From assembly GCF_009914755.1 (NCBI RefSeq), contig NC_060947.1: a stretch of DNA of 64,000 nt; one strand, written 5' to 3'. The position numbers were made by a program, and so were the translations under genes. Origin of the DNA: the human T2T-CHM13v2.0 reference genome, Homo sapiens. Shown piece after piece: positions 27,853-40,539 of the stretch. The notes under the pieces are model-generated. The model saw only the letters and a program-made list of their open reading frames with translations. It was not told the origin of the DNA and did not search any database. Within the stretch, counting starts at the first letter, position 1; the number at the start of each line of letters is the position of its first letter.

Positions 27853-29809
27853 AGACATGAAGTTCAATAGGCAATTGTCAGCAGTTGATTCAGTCGAGTC
27901 TTCTTTTCCATGTTTCAATTCTTTTTAAGCTTCCCCCCATCTTCCTGCTTCACTGCTCCTCATGAGAATTAAAACAAAAGCGTAATTAACATCTGTTAAA
28001 CCTTGTATTGAAACATGAGGTCTAAGTATACATGTATATTATAATTATATAAAGAAGAATGAATGTTAGGAAGAGACCTAGGATAATCTTCTTTTTCTCT
28101 TTGTGTTATTAGAGAACAAAAAATAAATATAAGGTACCATATTATTTCTCATATAGGAATACATGTTTTTCCATTGTTTAATTTAAAAAAAAGAAGTAAA
28201 ATTTTGTCAAACAGGCTAAATAAGAAAATTGATTGAAATTCATATTGTTTTACATTATTCACACTCATGTCATCACCTTATATTTATTTGATTTAGAGAG
28301 AATTGTACTATTCTAAGGAATTCAGCATGTTATAAGAGTTAGGCTAATTTCCCTTTGCACACTAGCTTGTTTGGGATTCAGTTGCTTTTAGGTAACCTGA
28401 AATAACTACATGTTCCAAAATGTAATTTACTATAGTATAACATGGTCTAGTATGCAGAGAATTCATCAGGTTTTTTTTTTGTTGTTTTTGTTGTTTTTGT
28501 GAGTTTAGAACCATGAGAATCAACAGACAGACCAGATGTTTTATGGGCTAAAAGGAGATAAGAGGGCAGTGTTGAGTGAGATTATCTAAGTGAGAACACC
28601 CACACTTCCTGGGTGTAATGGTGAGTATGGATGCTTCAGTTTCACATTCTTAAGTCTGGCACTGAAAAAAAAATCCTATTCAAATCTTGTCTCTATAATA
28701 CAGCACAGAGGAGTAATTTTAGTCTGAACTCTGGATGCAATGTAGAAAAGGATAGATATGCTATGGCATTAACTCAAATGAATGGTAGTTTAAGTAGGGC
28801 AAAGGGACATAAAGACTGGAATATATGTATATTCAAATTACCCATCTGCAACATCTTAGGCATTTCTGCATGCTTATTACCCAGGAACATTTTAATGAGG
28901 TGCTCACTCTCAGTGCCTGAGCTAATTTTCTTCTCCTAAAACACTATTTTTGATGTGATTCTAAAATAAAAATAAGAGAGGACTGAATATTTCATAAGTA
29001 TATTTCAGAGGAAAAGCCCTCTCTTTACAAACTATCTCAATGGGCATGTTATTGATAACATGTAAGACTAATGCATGTACCCATAACTTTAATTAAAAAT
29101 AAATAATATAACTGAGATAGAAAAATGCATCCTCAAAATATCAGTTTTTATTGTTGGCTTGTTCATGTGGAAAAAATTATAAAATGCTGGATAGTAAAAG
29201 GTAAACATACAAGTAAAAGTAAACATATAAATCATGTCAATTTTAAAAGTATTTTATATCTGAAAGTATACTTACAAATGTTAAGAGCAGTCAACACTCT
29301 AATCAAACCATTATATATCTGATTAAACATTTTAAATAGAATCAAGAATTAGAAAATCTTGCCCCATAATCCATAATATTGATCTCATCATATGGAGAAA
29401 TATGACTTAAGTAAACTGCAAGCTTGAATTTTTGTAACAACTATCAATTCACACAGTGGAAAAACTGTAAATAATAAATATATTAGAACATCAAAAAATG
29501 AAAGACTTTAGAACATACATATGGTTAATGCATTTGTATGTTAAATTATAATGTACAGACTTTTAAGAATGTTTATGAACATATGGTGAATTATGACAAG
29601 CTTCTTTGAATGAAAGTTATATTTATTACATCTATGATTTTTAAATTTCTAATTACCATAGATAAAAAATATTTTCCCACATGATCTCAGCTATATATAA
29701 AAATGATACAGGCCTCAGTCTTCTCCTTTGTGAAATAAAAAATATTTCCTCAATCTACTTTCATGTTGAAAATTGCATGATTTTTGTCAATGAATAACAA
29801 GGTAAGACA

Positions 29810-29905
29810 GCAAAAGATAAAAAGGCAGACAGAAGACCTAAAAGATAGACAGAAAGCAATTAACAAACTGACAATTGTAACCTCTCACCTATCAATAGTT
29901 ACTTT
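29810..29905 (+). mobile_element. Old L1M (L1MB-like) piece 1: inter-ORF/ORF2 start
   Basis: AACAAACTGACAATTGTAACCTCTCACCTATCAATAGTTACTTTA resembles L1M ORF2 start; continues at ~35907. Confidence 0.65.
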
Positions 29906-31442
29906 ACCATGGTGCCCTGCCCCAGTTGACATGAATACGCTATGCCACACTGCTGTGGCTTGTGGTACACGGGAGTGAACACAAATCCTTCCGCCACTGC
30001 CCTGATGAAATGCTGTGGCTGGCACCCCTGTTCAGAGCCTTGTGGCCAGCAGACTGGGAACACATTGGCCCCTCCAGTGCAGCACATTCCTAACCTTAAG
30101 GGGCCAGGTGACAAAGCTGGGGGCACAATACCAGCCCCCCAGAGTTAGAGCATACAGGCCAGAAGTGGTGAATTGAATCTTTGCCCCCTAAAATCTTCCA
30201 AATATGAAGCCAGTCAACTGAACCCAACTTATACCACAATTAAACCTTCAAGTGCTCCAAAGAAGATAAAAGCATAAATCCTCATCCAAAGAATGGCGGC
30301 TTCAAAGACTAAAGGAACATCAGCCCACACAGATCAGAAAGAACCAGTGAAAAAACTGGCAAAGCAAAAAGCCAGAGTGCCTTCTTACCTTCAAATGACT
30401 GCACTAGATCCTCAGCAATGGTTCCTAACCAAGCTAAAAATGACTGAAATGACAGATATAGAATTCTGAATAGGGATAGAAATGAAGATCATCAAGATTC
30501 AGAAGAGAATTGAAATCCATTCTAGAGAATCTAAGGAATACAAAAAATATAGATGAGCTGAAAGATAAAATAACCATTTTAAGACAGAACCAAACTGATC
30601 TGATAGAGCTGAAAAACTCACTTTAAAAATTTTATAATACAATCTCAAATATGAACAGCAGAATTGAACAAGCTGAGGAAAGAATCTCAAAGCTTGAAGA
30701 CCATTTCTCGAAAATGACTCAGTCCAGCAAAAACAAAGAAAAATATAAAAAGAATGAACAAAGCCTCTAAGAAATATGGAGTTATGTAAAAAGACCAAAT
30801 CTGTGACTTATTGTTATCCTTGAAAGAGAGGGAGAAAAAGCAAGCAACATGGAAAATATATTTAAGGATATCATCCATGAAAATTTCTCCAACCTCCCTA
30901 GAGAGGCCAACATTCAAATTTAGGAAATAAAGAGAAACCATGTGAGATACTATACAGAATTATCATCCCCAAGACACATAGTCATCAGATTCAATAAGGA
31001 CGACATGAAAGAAAAAATGTTAAATGTAGATAGAAGAGAGAAGCAGGTCACCTAAAAAGGGAACCCCATAGGGCTAACAGTGGACCTTAAAGCAGAAACC
31101 ATAGAAACTACAAGACATTTGAGCCCTATATTGAGAATTCTTAAAGAAAATATATTCCAACCAAGAATTTCATATCTAGCCAAACTAAGCTTCACAAGTG
31201 AAGGAGAAATAAGATTTTTTTTCAGACAAGCAAATGCTAAGGGAATTAATTACTACCAGATTTGCCTTACAAGAGACCCTTACCAGAGTATTAAATATAG
31301 AAAGGAAAGATGATCACTGGCCATTAGAAAAACACACATTAAAAACATAGACCACTGACACTTAAAAAGAAACTACACGACCAGCTCTGCATAATAATCA
31401 ACTGACAACATCATGAAATGATCAAGTCTGCATATATGAATA
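29906..31442 (+). mobile_element. L1PA15/16-type (L1P4) partial 5'UTR + ORF1, ending at ORF2 start
   Basis: ORF1 remnant 31080-31313 (ILKENIFQPRISYLAKLSFTSEGEIR); stops at HSMAR1. Confidence 0.85.
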
Positions 31443-32708
31443 TTAGGTTGGTGCAAAAGTAATTGCGCTTTCAGACCATGAATTTTAAATTCTTATAACT
31501 AGCCTTAAACACATCTTTATTAATCAAAGTGGAACCATTACAATCAACACATTTTTGCTAACAAGAAATAAGTGTGTTTATTCCTGTAGCATAAAAATCT
31601 GTTCTTAGGGATTCAATGAACTCTTGGAAAGCATTTTCTGCATCCTGCTGGTTGTGGAAGCATTTTCCTTGCAAAAAGTTGTTGAGGTGCTTGAAGAATT
31701 AGTGGTTGTTCATTGGCAAGGAGTCAGGTGAATATGGCGGATGAGACAAAACTTCGTAGCCCAATTTGTTCAACTTTTGAAGCATCGGTTGGGCAACGTG
31801 CAGTCAGGCATTCTTGGGGAGAAGGATTGGGCCCTTTCTGTTGCCCAATGCCAGCTGCAGGCATTGCAGTTTTTGGTGCATCTCATTAATTTGCTGGCCG
31901 TACTTCTCAGATGTAATGGTTTTGCTGGGATTCAGAAAGCTGTAGTGGATCAGACCAGCAGCAGACCACAGAATATTAACCATGACCTTTTTTTGTGCAA
32001 GTTTGGCTTTGGGAAGTGCTTTGGAGGTTCTTCTAGGTTCGACCACTGAGCCAATCATCACCAGTTGTCATATAAAATCCACTTTTCATCACACATCACA
32101 ATCTAATCAAGAAATGGTTCATTGTTGCATAAGAGAAGATGACACTTCAAAACGACGACTTTTCTGTTTTTGTCAGCTCATGAGGCACTCACTTATCGAG
32201 CTCTTTCACCTTTCCAATTTGCATCAAATGGTGAATAACCATAGAGTGGTAGACGTTGAGTTTTTCGGCAACTTCTCATGTCGTTGTAAGAGGACGAATT
32301 GTTCTCAACTGGTCGTTGTCAACCTCCCACGGCCGGCCACAACACTCCTCATCTTCAAGGCTTTCTTCTCCTTTGCAAAACTTCTTGAGCCACCACTACA
32401 CTGCAGGTTCGTTAGCAGTTCCTGGGCCAAATGTGTTGTTGATGTTGTGAGTTGTCTCCACTGCTTCACGACCCATTTTTAACTCGAATAAGAAAATCAC
32501 TCAGATTTACTTTTTGTCTAACATCATTTCCATAGTCCAAAGTAAACATAAAATAAACAGCAAGTAATAAATATTAGCAAAAAAAAAAAACACAAAGTGA
32601 TAAATGCCCATTAAAATGATATATAACGTAACCACATTTATTTAAGAATATATTCTAATATCAAACAGCAAATTTCAACAATGCAAACTGCAATTACTTT
32701 TGCACTAA
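31443..32708 (-). mobile_element. HSMAR1 Tc1/mariner DNA transposon, near full length
   Basis: TA + TIR TTAGGTTGGTGCAAAAGTAATTGCG at left; right TIR GCAATTACTTTTGCAC with damaged tip; ~1.27 kb. Confidence 0.96.
31520..32533 (-). pseudogene. Hsmar1 transposase pseudogene
   Basis: ATGGAAATGATGTTAGAC start at 32533; ORF 31804-32061 KKVMVNILWSAAGLIHYSFLNP..TITSEKY..NRKGPILL; HDNA motif changed to PKNA; frameshifts/deletions. Confidence 0.93.
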
Positions 32709-32769
32709 GGTCTGTGGGATTTATAATCCAAAAACTGTGGATAAAAAACAATACATATAATAACAACAC

Positions 32770-35735
32770 AGTACTGAAGTATGTTTGTGTGGTGGCTGGT
32801 AACATTCTTTAGTTTTCATGTTTAGCATTCCCTTAAGGATCTCTTATAAGACAACTGTGGCGATAATGAATCATTTGAGCTTTGCTTGCCTTAAAAAAAT
32901 TTATTTCTCTTTTGCTTTTAAGTATAGTTTGGCTGGATATGAAATTATTGGTTGAAATTTATTTCCCTTAAACATGCTGAATATAGGCCCCCAATGTCTT
33001 CTGGCTTTTATTGTTTCCGATGAAAAGTCCATTGTTAGCCTGATGGGGCTCTCTGTAGGTGACCTGCCCCTTCTTTCTAGCTGTTTTTAATATTTGTTCT
33101 TCATGTAGACCTTGAACAGTCTAACTATGTGTCTTGGGGATGGTTTTCTTGTGTAGTATCTCACAGGAATTCTCTGAATTTCTTGAATTTAAATGTCAAC
33201 CTGTCTAGTAGAGTTGAAGAACATTTCCTGGACAATATTCTCATATATTTTGAGAATTTTCCAAGTTGCCTGCTATTTCAGGGACACTAATCAGTCATAG
33301 GTTTGGTCTCCTTACATAATCCCATTGTTCTCATAACTTTTGTTCATTTTTTAATATTCCTTTTTTAAAATTTTGATTTGACTGAGTTGTTTAGGAAAAA
33401 AACTAAACAACTAGTCTTCAAACTCTGAGATTCTGCCCTCAGCTTGGTCTATTCTGCTGTTAATACTTCTGATTGTATTAGGAAATTCTTGTAGTAAGTA
33501 TTTGAGCTCTGTTAGATCAGTTTGATTTTTTTAAATAGATATTTAATCTTTTAGCCTTTGACTCATTTTAGTGGATTTCTTAGATTCCTTGGATTGGGTT
33601 TCAACTTTCTCCTGAATCTCAATGATCTTTGTTTCCATCCAGATTCTGAATTATAAATCTGCTGTTTCTGCCATTTCAGTCTGGTTAAGAACCATTGCTG
33701 GGGAGCTCCTGTAGTCATTTGAAAGAAAAAAAAAATCACTTTGACTTTTAGAGTTGCCTGAGATCTTGCACTCATTCTTTCTCATCTGTATGGGCTGATT
33801 TTTTTTAACTGTAGTGTAACTTGAGTATAGTCAGTTGGCTTTATTTCTGCCTGTTTTGAGAGGGCTGAGGAATTGTTCAGGGTCTTTATTTGTGGCTGAA
33901 TTTTTGCTTTTGGTTTCACAGGGTGTTCTGTTAGCAAAATGTATTTTATGACGTTTGGGCCATGATGCAGTAGATGGCGCTTAAATGTAGTGGCCGGTAA
34001 ATTGGCTCTTACTCAGCTGCTGACTCCTCTGTATTTCCTTGCATTTGCAACCATGTTCCTTCTTAAAGTCCTGAGAGTGTGGGCTCCTCTCTCACTAGAG
34101 TGCTGGCCACAGATTTCAGCTTGGCACTGTTAGGCTGTGCACCACAGCCCTGGGGCTAGGTCAGGCTTTTTGTTCTTTCCCCAGCTTGGAGGCAGCAGGG
34201 GCAAGGACCTTGGCAGTGGCAGTGGCAGAGGGCGGGGGGCCTTTCACTTGTCTCTGGGGGTTCCACCTCAGAGAAACACAGAGTCACTGAAAATTGGAAT
34301 AATCAGCCAAAGGTGTATTAGTTCTGTTGTGAGCCCAAGCTGGGGGCCCTGCCTAGTAAAGAGCAGGGGTTTGAGGGGCTCATAGAAGACAGTCTGATCC
34401 CTTTGCAGGGTGGTTCTAGCATGCTGGAGGTGGAAGTAAAACACTCAGGCCTTTTGTTCCTTCTCTAGCCTGATGGCAGCAAGAGCAGGTACTATTGCAG
34501 TGGCAGTGGTAGAGGGGCTGAGGGTTGTCTCTGAGAATTCCACCCCAGAGAGACATAAAGTTGCTGCCAATGGGAATGTTTAGCCTGGGGTGGGATGGCT
34601 GCATTTAGGCCCACCTAGGGGACCTGCCTCGTGAAGAGCAGCGAATCAAGGGCTCATAGGGAAAGTATTCCAGCCTTCTCTCCATATGAGGGCTGCAGTG
34701 TACTAGAGATGTGAAGAAAGAAATCAAGGTCTTTGTTCATTCCGAGCCTGGGGCAGCAAGGGCAGGTACCACTGCTGAAGCAATGGCAGAGTGCCTGTCA
34801 GTGTTCTCTGGAAATTCCACCCCAGAAAAACACAAAGCCACCACCCACTGAAGTGATGGGGTGGGGGTAGGGTGGCTGTATTGTGGACCCTGGTCAGGAA
34901 GCCCTATCCAGTAGGGAGTAGTAGGGGCAAAGAGGCATGTGGAAAACAGCCCAGCTGCTTTTCCATATGGCAGTTCTGGTGTCCTGGAGGCTTCTAGCTG
35001 TTCTTGGGCTCTACATTCCCTCTTCTCCAGCTGGAGGGCCATGGGGTGGGGGCCATGGTAGTGGCAATCATGGCAGGTCTTTTGGTCACTCCTGGGGTCT
35101 CTGTCCCAGAGAAATGGATAAAGGCAACTGGCTGGAGTGCTCAGGTAGGAGTAGAGTGGCTGTGCTGGGGTCCCAGGCCAGTGGGCTTTGCTTGGCGTGG
35201 TGCAGTGTAGGTGAGGCCTACAGTTTGCTCCTCAGCATCGTGGATGTGGCCCCTATTATTGGGGACACAAGAAAATGTTTCCTTCCTTGTTTGCAGAGTT
35301 ATGGCAGCTGACACCAGTATGCTCAGGAATCCAAGGTTCTTGGGGCTCCATGTGGGCCTGAGTGGTAGCTCTTCCTAGACTTTACACACCTTTCTCTGTC
35401 TGTCTGGAGGCTCTGTGGGAGGTGAGATTAGGGGGGATCTCCTGTGCCCAGGATTGTAAAGGTCCATAGCATTACTGTGGGTCACTGGGGGCTCTTGCTC
35501 ACTTACATCTTCTCTGAAGTGGGGAGCCTCTCTTGGCTCCATGCTACTACTGGGTAGGCAGTTGTCCTGCTTCACTCCTTTCTGCTTTCCTTGGGTCATG
35601 TTGCTTCTTTGATGAATCCCAACATATCCTCTTCGGTGATCCAGTTGAAGAGCTAGTGTTCACTGGCCACTCTATCTCCTCTTCATGAGAGCAGTGCCCA
35701 TTAGCTGCTTCCAGTCAGCCATCTTGGCACCTCCC
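32770..35735 (-). mobile_element. L1PA15/16/L1PB-type 5'UTR + ORF1 (ORF2 and 3' end absent)
   Basis: antisense ORF1, 5' terminus CAGCCATCTTGGCACCTCCC, four diverged ~280-bp 5'UTR repeats (34190-35250). Confidence 0.87.
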
Positions 35736-35737
35736 AA

Positions 35738-35905
35738 TGTAATACGCTTGTTTACACCAACATCACCACAAACACATAAGTAGTGTGCTGTGCCATGATG
35801 TTAGGACAGGTACAATGTCACAAGAAGTTTTCAGCTCCATTATCTCACAGGACTCATATATGAGGTCTACCATTAATTGTACCATTATTATGTGTCCCAT
35901 GGCTC
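35738..35905 (+). mobile_element. Tigger3a-like 3' half
   Basis: TTGTTTACACCAACATCACCACAAACAC...TTTTCAGCTCCATTAT...TTATGTGTCCCATGGCTC followed by TA. Confidence 0.8.
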
Positions 35906-35906
35906 T

Positions 35907-36875
35907 ATAGGCTGCCTACAAGAAAACTCATCCATGTTTAAGAATATACATAGGAAAAAATGAAGGGATAGGAAAGAATATTCTATGTAAATGATAACCA
36001 AAAGAAAGCAGGCATGGCTATACTTATATTAGACAAAATAGTCTCTAAGTCAAAAACTGTCATGAGAGAGAAGGCAGGTCATTGTATAGTAGTAAAAGAG
36101 TAAATTTATTAGGAAGACCTAACAATTACAAATATATACATACACAGTATCAGAGTATATAAATATGCAAAGCAAACAGACAGATCTGAAGGGAGAATAG
36201 AAAGCAATACAATAATAGTAGGAGACTTCAATACTCTACTTTTAATAATGAATACAATATCAAAACAGAAAATCAATAAAAGAACAGCAGACTTGAATAA
36301 CACTGTAAACCAAATGGACCTAATAGACATACATGAAACGTTTTACCCAGCAGCAGCAAAATACACATTCTTCTCAAGCACACAATGAACATTCTCCAGG
36401 GTATACACATGTTAGGTCACCAAACAAGTCTTAACAAACTTAAGATTGAAATCATTCCAAGTATCTTTTCTGACCACAATGGAATGAAACTAGAAATAAA
36501 TAACAGAAGGAAAACTGGAAAATTCCCAAATATCTGGAAATTAAACAGCACACTCTTGAACAACAAATGGGTCAAACAAATCAAAAAAGAAATTAGAAAA
36601 TAAGACAAACAAAAATGAAAACAAATTATACCAAAATCTATGGAATGCATAAAAGCAGTGCTAAGAATGAAGTTTATAATAGTAAATGCCTACATTAAAA
36701 AAGAACAAAGATCTTAAATTAACAACCTAAGTTTATACCTCAATAAACCAGAAAAAGGCCAAATCAACTCCAAAGTTAGCAGAAGGAAGAAAATAATAAA
36801 GATTAGGGCAGGGCAGAAATAAATAAAATAGAGGCTTGAAAAACAAGTGTAAAAAGCAATGAAACCAAGATTTGG
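35907..36875 (+). mobile_element. Old L1MB-like piece 2: ORF2 endonuclease region
   Basis: GCTGCCTACAAGA, GGAGACTTCAATACTC, SIFSDHNGMKLEINN. Confidence 0.88.
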
Positions 36876-36879
36876 TTTG

Positions 36880-39800
36880 TTCTTTATGTTTTTAACTGAC
36901 AAATAAAATTTTGTATCCTTATGGCATATAGCATGAGGTTTTATAAATATATTAATATAGTGAAATAAGTGATACTATTTAACATAAGCATATACTTATG
37001 TTATATATACTTATATTTCTTTGGTGAGAAAATTTACCTACACTCTTAGCAATTTTCAACTATACAATAAATTAGTAACTATGATGTACAGTAGATTTAT
37101 TGAACTTATTCTTCCTAACTGAAATTTTGTGTCCTTTGACCAACATCTCTCCAATCTTCCAACTCCCTAGCTGCTGGAAACCATCATTTTGCTCTCCGTT
37201 TCTGAGTTTAATTTTTTTAGGTTTTACATATCAGTGAGATCATTTGGTATTTTTCTCTCTGTACCTGGTTAATATCACTTAACATAATATCTTGAGGTTC
37301 GTTCACATTGTCACAAATGACAGGATTTTCTCGTTTTGGAAAGCTTAGTCGTAATTCATTGTGTATATATACCACATTTTTTCTTATCCATTCATTTATT
37401 GATGAAGACTTAGGTTTATTCTGTATCTTTGCCTGTGTGAATAATGCTGCAATAAACACGAGAGTGCAAATATCTCTCTGACGCATTGATTTTATATCCT
37501 CTAGATACATATGCCATAGTGGGATTACTAGGTCATACGGTACTTCTATTTTTAAAATTTTTAGAAACCTCCATACTATTTCCATAATGGCTGTACTAAT
37601 TTACATTCTCACCAAAATGTACAAGGATTCCTTTTTTCCACATCCTCCATAACACTTGTTAACATTAATCTTTTTGATAATAGACTTCTAACGTGTGAGA
37701 TAGTTGTCTCGTTGTAGTTTTAATTTCCATTTCCCTAATATTCAGTGATGTTGAGCATTTTTTCATATATTTGTTGGCCATATATTTGTATGCCTTTTGT
37801 TGAGAAACGTCTATTCAGGTTCTTTACCCATTTTTCAATCAGGTTATTTGTTTTCTTGCTATTGAGTTGAGTATATTATATATTTTGGATATTAACTTCT
37901 TATCAGATAAATGGTTTGAAAATGTATTCTTCCATTCTGTAGTCTGTCTCTTCACTCTGTTGATTGCTTCCTTTGCTGTTGAGAAGCTTATTTTTATATT
38001 TGTTTTTTATCTTTTGAGACAGAGTCTCACTCTGTCGCCCAGGCTGGAGTGCAGTGGCGCGATCTTGACTCACTCCAATCTTCGCCTCCCAGGTTCCAGC
38101 AATTCTCCTGCCTCAGCCTTATGATTAGCTTGGATTACAGGCATGCACCATCATGCCTGGCTAATTTTTGTATTATTAATCGAGACGAAGTTTTACCATG
38201 TTGGCTAGGCTGGTCTTGAACTCCTGACCTCAGGTGATTCACCTGTATCGGCCTCCCAAAGTGCTGGGATTACAGGTGTGAGCCACAGCGCCGGGCCAAG
38301 AAGCGTTTTAGTTTAATGTCATTTCATTGTCAAATTTTGCTTTCATTGCTTGTGCTTTTGGGGTAATATCCAAAATGTCCTTACCCAGATAAATGTTATA
38401 GAGTTCCCCCCTATGTTTTCCTCTAGTAGTTTTATAGTTTCAGGTCTATCATTTTAGTTTTTCATCGATTCTTTGTTGATTTTTGTCAATGGTGTGAGAT
38501 AAGTGCCTAATTTTATTCTGCTTATGGATATCCAGTTTTCCCAGCACCAATTTTTGAAGAGCCTGCCCTTTCCCTAATGCGTGTTCTTGGCACCGTTGTT
38601 AAAAATGAATTCCCTGTAGACATATGAATTTGTTTCTGGGTTCTCCATTCTCTTCCATTGGTCTATCTGTCTGTTTTTATGCCAGTACCATGCTGTGTTA
38701 ATTGTAGTAAACTTTGAAATCAAGTAGTGTAATGCCTCTAGCTTTCTTCTTTTTGCTCAAGATTCTTTTTGGCTATTTGGGAGCTTTTGAGGTTCCATAC
38801 AAATTTCAGTAATTTTTTATTTTAAAAAAAATGCCAGTGGAGTTTTCACAGCAGTTGTATTGAATCTGTAGATTTTTTGGGTTGTATGGATATTTTAACA
38901 TTATTATTTATTCCAATTCATGAACATGAGACATTTCTTGTCTTCTTGTTTATTTGTGTCTTCACCTTCTTTCATCAATATTTTATAGTTTTCAGGGTAC
39001 AGATCTTTCATTTCCTCGGTTACATTTATTTCTTAGTATTTTATTATTTGTAGTTATTGTGAAGGGGAATGTTTTCCCAACTTCTTTATTGAATAGTTCA
39101 TTTTTAGTGTATAGAAACACTACAAATTTTGTATACTTATTTTGTATCCTTCAACTTTACTGAATCTTTTATTAGTTCAAATACTTTTTGTTAGAGTCTT
39201 TAGAGTGTTCTGTATATAACATCATGTCATCTGTAAACAAAGAAAAACTTACTTCTTCTTTCTGATTTTGATGCTTTTTATTCTTTTATCTCATTTTATT
39301 GCCCTGGCTAGGACTTCCAGTACCATGTTAAATGTAAGTAGTAAGAGGGAGCATCTTTGCCTTGTATCTGATCCTGGAGTTAACTTTACAACATTACACC
39401 ATTGAATATGATGCTATCTATGGTTTGTCATATATGGCTTTTATACTGTTGAGGTAAATTTCTTTTATAACTGATTTCTTGAGAATATGGCATGAAAGAA
39501 TGCAGAATTTTATTAAATGACTTTTCTGCTTCTATTGAGATGATCTTATGTTTTTCCCCTCATTTTGTTAATGTGATGTATCATATTTATTTATTTGTGT
39601 ATATTGAATCATTCTTGCATCATAGTGATAAATCCCACTTGACCATGGTGAATGATCTTTATAATGTGCTGTTGAATTTGCTTTGCTACTATCTTGTCAA
39701 GAAATTTTGTATCTATATTTATCAGGGATATCTGCCTGTAATACTTTTTTCTTAGATTGCCCTGGTCTGGCTTGTGTATCAGGGTAATGCTGGCCTCATT

Positions 39801-40520
39801 AAATGAGTTTAGGAGTATTCATCTATTTTACATTGAAATAATTTGTGAAGAATTGCTATTAGTTGTTCATTAAATGTTTGTGGAATTCTGCAGTGAAGCC
39901 ATTAGTTGCTGGGCTTTTCTTTGATGGGAGACATTTTGTTACTCAATCAATTTCCTAATTCACTACTGGTCTGTTTAGATTTTGTATTTCTTCATGATTC
40001 AATTTTGGTAGGTTTTATGTCCAGAAATTAATCCATTTATTCTAAGCTATCTGGTTTGTTGGCATACATTTTTTTCAGTGGCCACTTATGATATTTTGTA
40101 TTTCTGTGGTATCAGTTGCAATGTTACCTGTTTTATTTCTGATTTTATTTATTTGAGTCTTGTTTTTGTTTTCTTAGTCTAGCTAAGGGCTTATCAATTT
40201 TGTTTATCTTTTCAAAAACTAACCTAGTTTCTTTGATATTTTCTATTGTTTATTTAGTTTCTAGTTTATTTCTGCTTTGATATTTATTATTTTTCTTTCT
40301 TTTTACTAACTTCAGGCTTCGTGTGATTTTTTTTCTAGTTCTTTTAGGGGCAAGTTTAGATTATTTGAGATCTTTATTCTTTTTGATGTATGTGGTTAGT
40401 GCAATAAACATCTATTTTAGAACTCCTTTTGTGGCTTCTAATAAGTTTTGGTATATTGTATTTCCCTTTGTGTTTTTCATATGTTTAAATTTCTTTTTCA
40501 AATTCTTCTTTGATTAATTA
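36880..40520 (-). mobile_element. L1MA8-like LINE-1 (5'-truncated) nested in the L1MB
   Basis: 3' end TTTAACTGACAAATAAAA...GGTGAGAA...CACTCTTAGCAATTTTCAA, antisense ORF2 (37217-37585). Confidence 0.87.
37988..38297 (-). mobile_element. Alu (AluSx/Sz-like) in L1MA8
   Basis: antisense Alu, TSD AGAAGC on both sides. Confidence 0.96.
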
Positions 40521-40539
40521 TTAATGAGCATTTTCAGGA

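Noticed and set aside
31520-32533. SETMAR or an active mariner transposase
   Set aside because: No SET exons, frameshifts present and a catalytic aspartate motif is lost; a dead HSMAR1 copy. ORF 31982-32482 (+) is just its antisense.
34190-35250. Four diverged ~280-bp GC-rich repeats
   Set aside because: Lie within an L1PA15/16/L1PB-type 5'UTR, where such internal repeats are a family feature.
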